Assembly (NCBI GenBank): GCA_949299195.1
Contig: CASFZN010000018.1
Span: forward strand, 262,129-326,128
Direction of reading: 5' to 3'
DNA from: an uncultured bacterium
GTDB taxonomy: Bacteria; Bacillota_I; Bacilli_A; RFN20; CAG-826
DNA: 64,000 nucleotides
The notes under the pieces: model-generated
Told to the model about the DNA's origin: nothing
The model's input: only the letters and a program-made list of their open reading frames with translations
Databases searched by the model: none
In this document: positions 19,590 through 28,903 of the stretch, one piece after another
How the letters are laid out: each line of letters begins with the position of its first letter
Position numbering within the stretch: the first letter of the stretch is position 1
Program-made: the position numbers and the translations under genes

Positions 19590-20192
19590 TTATTTAATAT
19601 CTGTTCTATTTTCTAAAGCTTTTATCAAAGTTAGCGAATCACTATATTCAATGTTTCCTCCCATAGGAAGACCTCTAGCAAGACGCGTAACTTTTAAATC
19701 TTTATTGTCTTCAAAAACTTTAGAAACATACATCGCAGTGATTTCGCCTTCAATTGTTGAATTAGTAGCAAGAATTAATTCTTTTATTCCTTCATTCTCA
19801 ACTCTATTTTGGAGTTCGGTGATTCTTAAATCATCAATTCCAACTCCTTTTGAAGAAGAAATTTCACCATTTAATACGTGATATTGTCCATGATATTCAT
19901 CAACTTTATCAAAAATAAATACATCTTTTGGATAAGATAAAACGATACAAGTATCGTGATTTCTTCTTGAATCGTTACAGTAAGGACATTCTGTAGTATC
20001 AATCAATGCTCCACAATTTTCACATTGATGTATTTTTTCTTTAGCATCTTTAATAGCTTTTAAGATTGATTCAACCTTTTCTTCATCCATTGAAAGTATA
20101 GAAAAAGCCATTCTTTCGGCTGTTTTTCTACCAATAGAAGGAAAAGAAGATAGGGCGTCTATTAAATTTGTTAAAGAAGGAAGTTCTTTCAT
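19590..20192 (-). CDS. recR: Recombination protein RecR
   Basis: HhH N-terminus, C4 zinc finger (CENCGALIDTTECPYC) and a Toprim domain. 200 aa. Confidence 0.95.
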   Translation of the reverse strand: MKELPSLTNLIDALSSFPSIGRKTAERMAFSILSMDEEKVESILKAIKDAKEKIHQCENCGALIDTTECPYCNDSRRNHDTCIVLSYPKDVFIFDKVDEYHGQYHVLNGEISSSKGVGIDDLRITELQNRVENEGIKELILATNSTIEGEITAMYVSKVFEDNKDLKVTRLARGLPMGGNIEYSDSLTLIKALENRTDIK

Positions 20193-20205
20193 ATATAAAA
20201 TAAAG

Positions 20206-20511
20206 TTAGAAGAAGACTCCTCCAGGTTGTTGTTGATATTTAGCCATTAATTTATCTTCTTCAGCATCAATTAAATCTTTTGCGTTTTGATATGCGATAG
20301 CGATTGTTTCTTCAATCATTTCTTTATTATCACTAGACAAAATAGAATCATCTAAAAATTCTACCTTTTCGATTGTTAAGTTACCTTTTAAATAGACTTT
20401 AACAACTCCACTTGCAGTACCTTCAAAGACTTTTTCTTCTAAGACTTTATGTTCTTTTTCGTATTCTCTTTGAAGCTTTCTTACAGATTGAAGCATTTGT
20501 TGCATGTTCAT
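20206..20511 (-). CDS. ybaB: Nucleoid-associated protein YbaB/EbfC
   Basis: 101 aa with the MQQMLQSVRKLQ... pattern, sitting between dnaX and recR. Confidence 0.85.
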   Translation of the reverse strand: MNMQQMLQSVRKLQREYEKEHKVLEEKVFEGTASGVVKVYLKGNLTIEKVEFLDDSILSSDNKEMIEETIAIAYQNAKDLIDAEEDKLMAKYQQQPGGVFF

Positions 20512-20529
20512 AGTTAATATTTCTCCTTT

Positions 20530-22302
20530 TTATTCAAATTCAATGTCATTTATATTTAAATCTCTTGTTTTAGGAAGTCTTTTGACCTCTTCTAAATTAC
20601 GATATTGAGTAACTAAATTTGTAGATTCTACTCGATCAAGAGCATAAATATTTATTTTTTTACCAATTAATTTTTCTAAGATTAATTGGAGTTTTTCTTG
20701 GTTCGCTTTAATGTTTACTAATCTTGCTATATTAGGAACGTTATACATTAATATGAAGAACTTGTCGGTTAATAAATAAGGGACTCCGTTTTCTAATAAT
20801 TCAACGTAAGGAACTAATTTTGCATCTTTTGTAAAGCCTTTAAGTAGGTTCCATCTTGCTGCTAATTCTCTTTTAGCGGTTTTGTTGGAAAGGACAGATA
20901 ATTTAATTAAGTTTTCGCTAGAAAGATGATAACTATCCCCATCTTTTATTACCGAATATTCTTTTTTAGTTGATTCTTTTTTCTCATCTTCAAAGATTGG
21001 AGGTAAAGAATCGATAGTTTTCATAATTGTAGTAGGTGTTGGATCTACTATTTTTTTAGATAAATCGACCTCTTCTTTAGGGGTTTCCTTTTTATAAGAA
21101 TAGGTAGGTGTTTCTAATTTAGTCTCTTTAGCCTTTATTTCTTCTTTATAAATAGAAGGAGAAGGAGTTATTTTTTCTTCTGCCTTATTAAAGGAAGGAG
21201 TAGGAACAATCTTCTCAATGCTATTTTTTGCATCTATTAACTTTAATAAATAAAGTTCAAGAAGAAGTGAAGCGTTATTAGTAATCTTTAATTCTTTTGA
21301 TAAATCAATAAAAACGTCGATAATTGCTTTAATTTGAGCGCTTGTAAAATATTTATTAATCATTGTGATATAAATATCTACGCTATCTTTTTTAGAAAGA
21401 GAAGAAATTAAAGCTTCTTTTAACATTTTTAAATAATCATTAACTAATCGATTAACATCGATATTTTTCTTTTCTGAGATATCGTTAAATTTACGTAATA
21501 ATCCGGAAGGATCATTATTTTTAACGTATTCAAGTAGTTCAATCTTTTCTTTTTTGGATACTATTCCAAATAAATCTTCGATGTTTTTTGTGTGAATTGA
21601 GCTACCAGAGAAGGAAATTACTTGATCCAATAAACTTAAGGCATCTCTTGCTCCGCCATTAGCGAGTTCAACAATTTCTTCAACTGCCTTTTCTTCGTAA
21701 CTAATTCCCTCTTTAGTTAAAACTTTAATCAATAATTTCTTTAAATCTAAATTAGTTAATTTTTTAAATTCGTATCTTTGACATCTAGATAAAATTGTAG
21801 GCAAAACCTTATATAATTCGGTAGTACATAGGATAAAAATAACGTGTTCTGGTGGTTCTTCAAGAGTTTTAAGTAAAGCATTAAATGCACTATTACTCAT
21901 CATATGAACTTCGTCGATAATATAAACTTTGTATCTTGATTTAACTGGAGAATATTTTACTTTTTCAACGATATTTCTTACCTCATCAACTCCACTATTA
22001 CTAGCGGCGTCGATTTCAATAACGTCAGGCGAATTTCCAGTAGTAATTTCTTTACAGTTATCGCAAACTCCACAGATTTGTCCCATTCCTTTTTCGCAGT
22101 TCAAAGCCTTAGCTAAAAGTCTAGCAACACTGGTTTTACCAGTACCTCTAGGTCCTGAAAAAAGGTAGGCGTGAGCTATTTTTCCTTCTTCTAAAGAATT
22201 TTTTAAAGTTTGTATGATTGCTTCTTGACCGAAAACTTCATCAAAGTTTTGAGATCTATATTTTCTATAAAGTGCTAAATAAGACATAAAATAAACCTCC
22301 AA
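20530..22302 (-). CDS. dnaX: DNA polymerase III subunits tau/gamma
   Basis: Walker A GPRGTGKTS, a zinc module (CGVCDNCKEI) and the SRC motif. 590 aa. Confidence 0.95.
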   Translation of the reverse strand: MEVYFMSYLALYRKYRSQNFDEVFGQEAIIQTLKNSLEEGKIAHAYLFSGPRGTGKTSVARLLAKALNCEKGMGQICGVCDNCKEITTGNSPDVIEIDAASNSGVDEVRNIVEKVKYSPVKSRYKVYIIDEVHMMSNSAFNALLKTLEEPPEHVIFILCTTELYKVLPTILSRCQRYEFKKLTNLDLKKLLIKVLTKEGISYEEKAVEEIVELANGGARDALSLLDQVISFSGSSIHTKNIEDLFGIVSKKEKIELLEYVKNNDPSGLLRKFNDISEKKNIDVNRLVNDYLKMLKEALISSLSKKDSVDIYITMINKYFTSAQIKAIIDVFIDLSKELKITNNASLLLELYLLKLIDAKNSIEKIVPTPSFNKAEEKITPSPSIYKEEIKAKETKLETPTYSYKKETPKEEVDLSKKIVDPTPTTIMKTIDSLPPIFEDEKKESTKKEYSVIKDGDSYHLSSENLIKLSVLSNKTAKRELAARWNLLKGFTKDAKLVPYVELLENGVPYLLTDKFFILMYNVPNIARLVNIKANQEKLQLILEKLIGKKINIYALDRVESTNLVTQYRNLEEVKRLPKTRDLNINDIEFE

Positions 22303-22433
22303 TATTTTACAATATTTCCTTTTCTTTTAATACAAGAAAAGGAACAAAAACCATTTATTTAAGAACTTATATTTAATATAATAAGGCGAATGAAAAAGGT
22401 AGTGATTGATTTATTTATTTTTAATCTTTTCCT

Positions 22434-22469
22434 AACCACTTTAAAAAATCTATAAAGTGGTTGTTTTTG
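22434..22469 (+). terminator. Intrinsic terminator-like hairpin (10-bp stem AACCACTTTA/TAAAGTGGTT, 9-nt loop) plus GTTTTTGG, 45 nt upstream of prfA
   Basis: A perfect stem followed by a T-run is present on the + strand only. No + strand CDS lies upstream (dnaX is on the - strand). Confidence 0.4.
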
Positions 22470-22513
22470 GCGATTATTTTTAAGAATTATTTATTAAATT
22501 AGGAGGATTAAAA

Positions 22514-23590
22514 ATGGATAAAAACATGAGAGATAGACTTGTTACAAGTGAAAAAAGGTTAAATGAAATTGACGAATTATTATTAAAAGAAGAAACAAGT
22601 AAAGATATGAAATTATTTAAGGCTTTAAATAAAGAAAGAAGCAATTTAGAGCCTATAGTCGAGAAATTTCATGAATACGAAGTTGCTGAATCAAATAAAA
22701 ATGACGCTTTAATCATGGCTAATGATAGCGATACTGAAATTGCTCAAATGGGTAAAGAAGAAATTAAAGCGAACGATGAAAAAATTGAGAAAATTATCGA
22801 AGAATTGAAAATTCTTCTTATTCCTAAAGACCCTAATGATGGAAAAGATATAATTTTTGAAATCAAAGGCGCAGTTGGTGGAGATGAAGCCAATATTTTT
22901 GCTGGCGATTTATTTAGAATGTATCTTAGATATTGTGATAATGAAGGCTATTCAGTAAAAGTTTTAGATGAAAACCCTTGTGGAGTTGGCGGATTTTCAT
23001 ATGTTTCTTTTGTTGTTAAAGGAGACGATGCATACTCACATTTAAAATATGAAAGTGGTGTTCACCGTGTCCAAAGAGTTCCTAAAACTGAATCAAGTGG
23101 TAGAGTTCATACTTCAACTGCAACCGTTGTTGTTATGCCTCAAGTTGAGGTCAATGAAGTTGAAATTAGAAGCGAAGATTTAAGAGTTGATCGATATCGT
23201 TCTCAAGGAGCAGGTGGACAAAATGTTAATAAAACTGAATCTGCAGTTAGAATTACTCACATCCCTACTGGAATTGTTGTTAGCTGCCAAACCGAAAAAT
23301 CACAAATTCAAAATCATGAAATTTGTATGCAAATGTTAGCTTCCAAATTAGCTCAATTAGAAGAAGAGAAAAAAGCTGAAAAAGAAGCATCATTTAGATC
23401 AAAAATCGGTTCTGGTGATAGAAACGAAAAGATTAGAACCTATAACTATCCACAAAATAGAGTTACTGACCATAGAATCGGTTTTACAATTCAACAATTA
23501 GATAGAGTCATGGAAGGCGAATTAGATTCGATAATTGAAGCCTTAGCAAACTATGAACAAGAACAACTTATCAAAGGTAACTCCAAGTAA
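22514..23590 (+). CDS. prfA: Peptide chain release factor 1
   Basis: GGQ motif ([13 protein letters not shown]) and the PxT-type codon-recognition loop (VPKTESSGRVHTS). RBS AGGAGG. 358 aa. Confidence 0.95.
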   Translation: MDKNMRDRLVTSEKRLNEIDELLLKEETSKDMKLFKALNKERSNLEPIVEKFHEYEVAESNKNDALIMANDSDTEIAQMGKEEIKANDEKIEKIIEELKILLIPKDPNDGKDIIFEIKGAVGGDEANIFAGDLFRMYLRYCDNEGYSVKVLDENPCGVGGFSYVSFVVKGDDAYSHLKYESGVHRVQRVPKTESSGRVHTSTATVVVMPQVEVNEVEIRSEDLRVDRYRSQGAGGQNVNKTESAVRITHIPTGIVVSCQTEKSQIQNHEICMQMLASKLAQLEEEKKAEKEASFRSKIGSGDRNEKIRTYNYPQNRVTDHRIGFTIQQLDRVMEGELDSIIEALANYEQEQLIKGNSK

Positions 23591-24416
23591 TTTAGAGTTA
23601 TTTCAAAAGTATAAAAATAATAAAAACTTAACTGAACGAGATATAAATGAAATCTTAATGTTTGTTAATGAATATAATTCTTTTAACGAACTCTTTTTAC
23701 ACTATGAAGATAAATGCAAAGATGATAAATTAGCCGAAAAAATGTTTTCACGTGGAAACTTTGGTGAACCTATCGAATATATTTTGGGGAAAACCGACTT
23801 CTTGGGACTTCCTTTAAAAATTAATAAAAACGTTCTCATTCCGCGAGAAGAAACAAAAGAACTAGTTATTAAATTAGTTGATAAAATAAATGAAAAAAAG
23901 TTTCCACGTGGAAACTTTTTGGATGTTTGTACCGGTAGCGGGTGTATTGCTATATATTTAGGAAAGAACTTAGAAAATTTTAAAGGTTATGCATCCGATA
24001 TTTCTAAAAAAGCGTTAAAAGTCGCAATAGAAAATTCCAAAAATAATAGAGCTAACATTGAATTTATTCATACTGATAAATGTCGCTATTTCCTTCAAAA
24101 TAGTATGAAATTTGATATTCTTGTTTCTAATCCACCATATGTAGATAAAAAAGAAGAAATCGAGGAAAATGTTTTAAAATATGAGCCTATAAAAGCTGTT
24201 TATTTAAAAAACGGAACCTATTTTTATGAATACTATTTTAAAAATTATAATGAATTAATGAATGAAAAGTTTATAATGGCTTTTGAGATAGGTTATGAGC
24301 AAGAGGAAAAACTCACCAGACTTATCAAAAAATATTTTAAAGACGATAATATTTCATATGAATTCATAAAAGATTTATATGATAAAACTAGATTTCTATT
24401 TATATATAAGGATTAA
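23553..24416 (+). CDS. prmC: Release factor glutamine N5-methyltransferase PrmC/HemK
   Basis: The (GEP)IEYILG ... VLIPREET ... DVCTGSGCIA ... VSNPPY motif order is diagnostic. It contains two in-frame copies of the dispersed palindrome. Confidence 0.9.
   Translation: MNKNNLSKVTPSNLELFQKYKNNKNLTERDINEILMFVNEYNSFNELFLHYEDKCKDDKLAEKMFSRGNFGEPIEYILGKTDFLGLPLKINKNVLIPREETKELVIKLVDKINEKKFPRGNFLDVCTGSGCIAIYLGKNLENFKGYASDISKKALKVAIENSKNNRANIEFIHTDKCRYFLQNSMKFDILVSNPPYVDKKEEIEENVLKYEPIKAVYLKNGTYFYEYYFKNYNELMNEKFIMAFEIGYEQEEKLTRLIKKYFKDDNISYEFIKDLYDKTRFLFIYKD
23744..23759. repeat. Dispersed palindrome copy 5 (variant GTTTTCACGTGGAAAC) inside prmC, in frame (F-S-R-G-N-F)
   Basis: One mismatch to the consensus. 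Confidence 0.8.
23895..23920. repeat. Dispersed palindrome copy 6, the full 26-bp palindrome inside prmC, in frame (K-K-F-P-R-G-N-F-L)
   Basis: Exact 26-mer, 150 bp downstream of copy 5 in the same gene. Confidence 0.9.
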
Positions 24417-24419
24417 AGT

Positions 24420-25460
24420 ATGAAATTTTATAAAAAAGAAGATATCAAACTAATCGCAAAAGATTTAAAAGATGGTAAAATTGTTGCTTTCCCTACCGAA
24501 ACTGTAATGGGTTTAGGAGTTTTAGCAACAAAAGAGGAATATTTTAAAAGATTATGTAATGTTAAAAATCGCCATCCAGATAAACCTTTTACATTAATGG
24601 TTTCTGATATAAAAAAGTTAGAAGACATCTTAATTATTAACGATTATGCAAGAAAAATTATTAATAACTTAATGCCAGGAGAAATAACCTTAATTTTAAA
24701 AGCAAAAGAAAATACTCCATACTATTTAGATTTAGATACCGGATTTATTGGTGTTAGAATCCCTAAAGATACATTCTTATTAGAATTATTAAAAGAAGTA
24801 GATGAGCCACTTTTAGTTCCTAGCGCTAATCCTAGCGACTTATCTCCAGCTACTAATAGCGAAGAGGCTTATAAATATTTTAAAGACAGTATCGATGCAA
24901 TAGTCGAAGGAAAATCAATTTCTAATACACCTTCAACAGTTGTTATAATCGATGGAATTAACTATAAAATATTAAGACAAGGTAATATAAAAGAAGAAGA
25001 TTTAAAGAGGTTAAATATGAAAATTGCAATCGGATCAGATCATGGCGGATATGAATATAAACAAAGATTAATTAAAGATTTAGAAAAAGAAAATTTAACT
25101 ATAATTGATTGTGGAACCAATTCTTTAGAAAGCTGTAATTATGCTGAATTCGGATATGAAGCTGCTAAAAAAGTAGCAGCAGGCGAAGCAGATTATGCGG
25201 TTGTTATCTGTACAAGCGGTGAAGGAATTTCTATAGCTGCAAATAAGGTTAAAGGTGTAAGGTGTGCATTATTATATAATGATGAAGTCGCACACTTAGC
25301 AAAAGAACATAATAATTCCAACGCAATTGCTTTTGGAGCGAAGTTTATGGATTATGAAGATGTTTTAAAAAGGGTACATATTTTCTTAAATTCAAACTTT
25401 GAAGGTGGGCGCCACGAGAAAAGAGTGGATTTTATAAAAAATATTGAAAAAAATTTTTAA
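24420..25460 (+). CDS. Fusion (or stop-less junction) of L-threonylcarbamoyladenylate synthase TsaC/YrdC (aa 1-199) and ribose-5-phosphate isomerase B (aa 200-346)
   Basis: The N-terminal half has YrdC motifs (KIVAFPTETVMGLG). The C-terminal half is an RpiB/LacAB fold (MKIAIGSDHGGYEYKQ...VICTSGEGISIAANK). An internal RBS AAGAGG lies 6 nt before the in-frame ATG at 25017. Confidence 0.8.
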   Translation: MKFYKKEDIKLIAKDLKDGKIVAFPTETVMGLGVLATKEEYFKRLCNVKNRHPDKPFTLMVSDIKKLEDILIINDYARKIINNLMPGEITLILKAKENTPYYLDLDTGFIGVRIPKDTFLLELLKEVDEPLLVPSANPSDLSPATNSEEAYKYFKDSIDAIVEGKSISNTPSTVVIIDGINYKILRQGNIKEEDLKRLNMKIAIGSDHGGYEYKQRLIKDLEKENLTIIDCGTNSLESCNYAEFGYEAAKKVAAGEADYAVVICTSGEGISIAANKVKGVRCALLYNDEVAHLAKEHNNSNAIAFGAKFMDYEDVLKRVHIFLNSNFEGGRHEKRVDFIKNIEKNF

Positions 25461-25479
25461 AGAAAAAAGACGATAAAAT

Positions 25480-25511
25480 GGGCACTTTCTAAGTGCCCTT
25501 TAATTTTTTTT
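25480..25511 (+). terminator. Rho-independent terminator (GGGCACTT-TCT-AAGTGCCC plus T-tract)
   Basis: A GC-containing 8-bp stem followed by TTTAATTTTTTTT after the tsaC::rpiB stop. Confidence 0.6.
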
Positions 25512-25572
25512 AAAAAAAGTTGAATAATTTTTCAAATTAAAGCGTTCTTGTATAGTGTAAGGGGGTGATAGC

Positions 25573-26721
25573 TTGTATAAATGCCCGCTTTGCGGAAATA
25601 CAGAAAAACGCTATTTAGGTAATATAAATGGACGCATTTATTGCCGTAGATGTATCTCTTTTAAAGGAGAGCTTGTGGAGGAGAAAGCTTTTATAGAACA
25701 AAAAGTAAATTCTTTCCAAGGGATCAATATTAACTACTCTTTAAGTGTAGATCAAACTAAGATATCTCAAGCAATCTTGAAGGGATTTATCGAAGGGAAA
25801 GATACCTTAGTCTATGCTGTATGCGGAGCGGGCAAAACGGAATTAGTCTTTAAGGTTATTGAATACGCGTTAATTAATAATCTTAAAATTGGTTTTGCAA
25901 TTCCGAGAAAAGATGTCGTTATTGAGCTAAAAGAACGCTTAGCACATACGTTTAATAAGAATAAGGTTATTGCTATATATGGAGGAAATCATGATGATTT
26001 AAAGGGTGATATATTGGTTTTAACAACTCACCAACTCTTCCGCTTTGAACATTATTTTGATTTATTGATTTTAGATGAAATTGATGCCTTTCCATATAGA
26101 GGAAACCCTGTATTAATCGCTCTTTTTAAACGTTCACTTAAAGGACACTATGTCCTTATGTCAGCAACTCCATCAGATGAAGTAATGAAGGAATTTGAAA
26201 AGCATAATAAACAAATATTAACCCTTTTTAAACGCTATCATGAACATCCTCTTATAGTTCCATCATTAAAAATAAGATATTTAATATTTAAATATTCTCT
26301 AATTATTGATTACTTAAAAAAATACGAGCGCGAGAAGAAGAAAGTATTTATTTTTTGTCCAACAATAAAAGAAACTGAGTATTTATTTAAAATTCTTAAT
26401 CTCTTCATAAAAAACGGTAATTATGTACATTCAAAAAGACTAAATAGAGCGAATATTATCGATGATTTTAGAAATGATAAATATAGTTATTTAGTCACTA
26501 CCTCAGTTCTTGAAAGAGGGGTAACAGTTAAGAATTTACAGGTTATTATTTATCACGCTGACCACGAATTATATTCAAAAGAAGCTTTAATTCAAATCTC
26601 AGGAAGAGTCGGGCGTTCAAGTGACTATCCTAGTGGAGAAGTAATTTATGTTGCAAGTAAAAAGACTACCGCAATTCTTGAATCGATTAAAACAATCGAA
26701 GGTTTCAACAGGTGTTTGTAA
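25573..26721 (+). CDS. comFA: Competence protein ComFA-like DEAD/DEAH-box helicase
   Basis: N-terminal Cys4 zinc ribbon (CPLCGN...CRRC), Walker A AVCGAGKT and DEID box (LILDEIDAF). Followed by comFC. Confidence 0.75.
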   Translation: MYKCPLCGNTEKRYLGNINGRIYCRRCISFKGELVEEKAFIEQKVNSFQGININYSLSVDQTKISQAILKGFIEGKDTLVYAVCGAGKTELVFKVIEYALINNLKIGFAIPRKDVVIELKERLAHTFNKNKVIAIYGGNHDDLKGDILVLTTHQLFRFEHYFDLLILDEIDAFPYRGNPVLIALFKRSLKGHYVLMSATPSDEVMKEFEKHNKQILTLFKRYHEHPLIVPSLKIRYLIFKYSLIIDYLKKYEREKKKVFIFCPTIKETEYLFKILNLFIKNGNYVHSKRLNRANIIDDFRNDKYSYLVTTSVLERGVTVKNLQVIIYHADHELYSKEALIQISGRVGRSSDYPSGEVIYVASKKTTAILESIKTIEGFNRCL

Positions 26722-27358
26722 GATATGTTTTAAAGATTTAAGTGTTGATTCTTTTCATTCATTAGTTACTTCCACAATTATTTGTTCAAGCTGTTTGAAT
26801 AAAATGGATCCAAAATTTAAAAGCTTTAATGTTGATGGCATTAAAGCTTTATCCCTTTATCCATATAATGATGAGATTAAAAGACTCATTTATTGTTTTA
26901 AAGGGTGTCAGGATTACGAACTTAAAGATGTATTTTTATCTTATTTTATAAAAGAACTTAAAACTAAATATAAAGGTTATTACCTTCTACCAGTTCCTTC
27001 ATCTAAAAAACATGATGAAGAAAGAGGATTTAATCAAGTTATTGAAATATTTAAACCATTAAACTTAGAGATGTTACTAATTTTAGAAAAGGTAAATGAT
27101 GAAACTCAAAAAGAAAAAACCCTTAAAGAAAGAATAAATTCTAAAGGGATGTTTAAAATCAAAAATAAGGAAACAATAAGCGGGAAAAAGATACTAATAG
27201 TCGATGATATTTGCACCACTGGCTCATCTTTAAGAGCAGTCATTGCTTTAATAAAAGATCTTTCTCCTAAGGACATAAAAATATTAGTGGTTGCCAAAAG
27301 AGATTTTACAAAGGAGGAATTAGAAAAAATAAAAGACAAAGACTTAATTTTGAATTAA
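26648..27358 (+). CDS. comFC: Competence protein ComFC (phosphoribosyltransferase-domain protein)
   Basis: N-terminal Cys zinc finger (CKICF...CSSC) and PRTase motif ILIVDDICTTGSS. The annotated ATG overlaps comFA by 74 nt, so the true start is uncertain. Confidence 0.7.
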   Translation: MLQVKRLPQFLNRLKQSKVSTGVCKICFKDLSVDSFHSLVTSTIICSSCLNKMDPKFKSFNVDGIKALSLYPYNDEIKRLIYCFKGCQDYELKDVFLSYFIKELKTKYKGYYLLPVPSSKKHDEERGFNQVIEIFKPLNLEMLLILEKVNDETQKEKTLKERINSKGMFKIKNKETISGKKILIVDDICTTGSSLRAVIALIKDLSPKDIKILVVAKRDFTKEELEKIKDKDLILN

Positions 27359-27370
27359 ATTTATTTAAAT

Positions 27371-28276
27371 TTACTTATTTTCATTATCTTTAAGATGCTT
27401 TTTAACGTCATTAATAAAAAGTTGGACATCTTTAATAGGATTTAATTGATATAAAAGCCCATATCCTATTGAATAATCCCGTTTTACAGGAATAGTTTTA
27501 ATCCCTGGATGAACATATTCCCAATTTTCGACTGTAAGAAGAAGCTTATCGCTTTTTGCACATTCATTAAATACTGAAATATCATAAAAATAACCAACAT
27601 CTTCAATTTTTAAAGAAGGGCAAAGCTTAGTTAATTCTTCTCTGATTTTATCGTTAGTAGGAGAATCTCCTTTTAAAACCATCATCATTGTTTGATTTTC
27701 TAAGTCTGAGATTTCTAAGATGTCTTTTTTTGCCAAAGGATGAGAACGAGAAACTCCAATCATCTTTTTGAAGGTTCCAAGTTGTAAATAATTTGCATAA
27801 TTTAGCCGCGTTTTTGAGTCGCAAATACCAACTAAAAAATCAAATTTTATTCCTAGATTTTGAATTTCTTTTAAGATATCTTCTTTAGTATCTTCAAAAG
27901 GAACAAGATGGATTGAATAATCTTTAAATCTGTTGTTGAGTTTATACCATAAATCCATAAATGGTTTTGCAGGATTTAATAATGAAGTGCCCACACAAAA
28001 AGACAAAGAATCAATTCTCATTTCTTCTTTAGCTTTAATTATTGCTTTTTTAGAATAATCGATAATAAATTGGGCATCCTTATAAATGCTTTCTCCACCT
28101 TTAGTTAATGTCAAACCTTGATGAGATCTAGTAAAAAGAGGAAATCCAACAATATCTTCTAAAGAATTCATTTGTTTCATAATTGCAGTAACTGATAAAG
28201 ATAAGGTCTCGCTAGCTTTTGTGAAACTTTTCATCTCTGCAACAACGATAAAAGTGTCAAGTAGATATGAGTACAT
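27371..28276 (-). CDS. LysR-family transcriptional regulator
   Basis: N-terminal HTH (LDTFIVVAEMKSFTKASETLSLSVTAIMKQMNSLE) plus a substrate-binding domain. Divergent from the flavodoxin/cupin/CMD genes. Confidence 0.85.
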   Translation of the reverse strand: MYSYLLDTFIVVAEMKSFTKASETLSLSVTAIMKQMNSLEDIVGFPLFTRSHQGLTLTKGGESIYKDAQFIIDYSKKAIIKAKEEMRIDSLSFCVGTSLLNPAKPFMDLWYKLNNRFKDYSIHLVPFEDTKEDILKEIQNLGIKFDFLVGICDSKTRLNYANYLQLGTFKKMIGVSRSHPLAKKDILEISDLENQTMMMVLKGDSPTNDKIREELTKLCPSLKIEDVGYFYDISVFNECAKSDKLLLTVENWEYVHPGIKTIPVKRDYSIGYGLLYQLNPIKDVQLFINDVKKHLKDNENK

Positions 28277-28386
28277 ATTATTCCTCCTTTATTAAGTATT
28301 AACTAATAGTTTATGCCGATTAAAGAAGATTGCAATTCTTAAAATAGTTATAAGAGTTTTTAATAAATCTAGGAGAAGTTATTTTT

Positions 28387-28899
28387 ATGAAAATTTTAAT
28401 TGCTTACTATTCTAGAATAGATGAGAACTATTTTAATGGAAAGCTTATAAATATTGAGCAAGGAAATACAGAGATAGCAGCTAAAAAAATAGCGAATATT
28501 ATCGGCGCAGATTTGTTTAAAATTGAACAATTATTCCCTTATAGTCCTTCATATAATGAGTGCGTTAATCAAGCTCAGAAGGATCTAAGAAATAAAGCGA
28601 GACCTTTGTTAAAAAATTATCTTCCTTCCGTTGATGAATACGATGAAATCTATCTAGGTTATCCAAATTATTGGGGAACTATGCCTATGGCAGTATTCAC
28701 TTTTTTAGAACACTATAACTTTTCAGGAAAGATTATTAAACCTTTTTGCACTCACGAAGGAAGTGGAATGGGGAATAGCGAAAAAGATTTAAAAGAAGTT
28801 TTAAAAAACTCTTTAATTAAAAGAGGATTACCTATAAAAGGAAGTTTGGTAAAAACATCGGAATCGATTATTGAAGAATGGATAAAGGAGGACAAGTAA
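28387..28899 (+). CDS. Flavodoxin-like fold protein
   Basis: MKILIAYYS... N-terminus and size typical of flavodoxin-like / NAD(P)H-dependent FMN reductase proteins. Confidence 0.5.
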   Translation: MKILIAYYSRIDENYFNGKLINIEQGNTEIAAKKIANIIGADLFKIEQLFPYSPSYNECVNQAQKDLRNKARPLLKNYLPSVDEYDEIYLGYPNYWGTMPMAVFTFLEHYNFSGKIIKPFCTHEGSGMGNSEKDLKEVLKNSLIKRGLPIKGSLVKTSESIIEEWIKEDK

Positions 28900-28903
28900 A
28901 TTT

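Noticed and set aside
22303-22430. Looked for the SRP RNA gene (ffs) expected upstream of dnaX, as in Bacillus
   Set aside because: I could not find the conserved domain IV sequence (GGAAG...AGCAGC-type motifs) on either strand. Only the hairpin terminator was reported.
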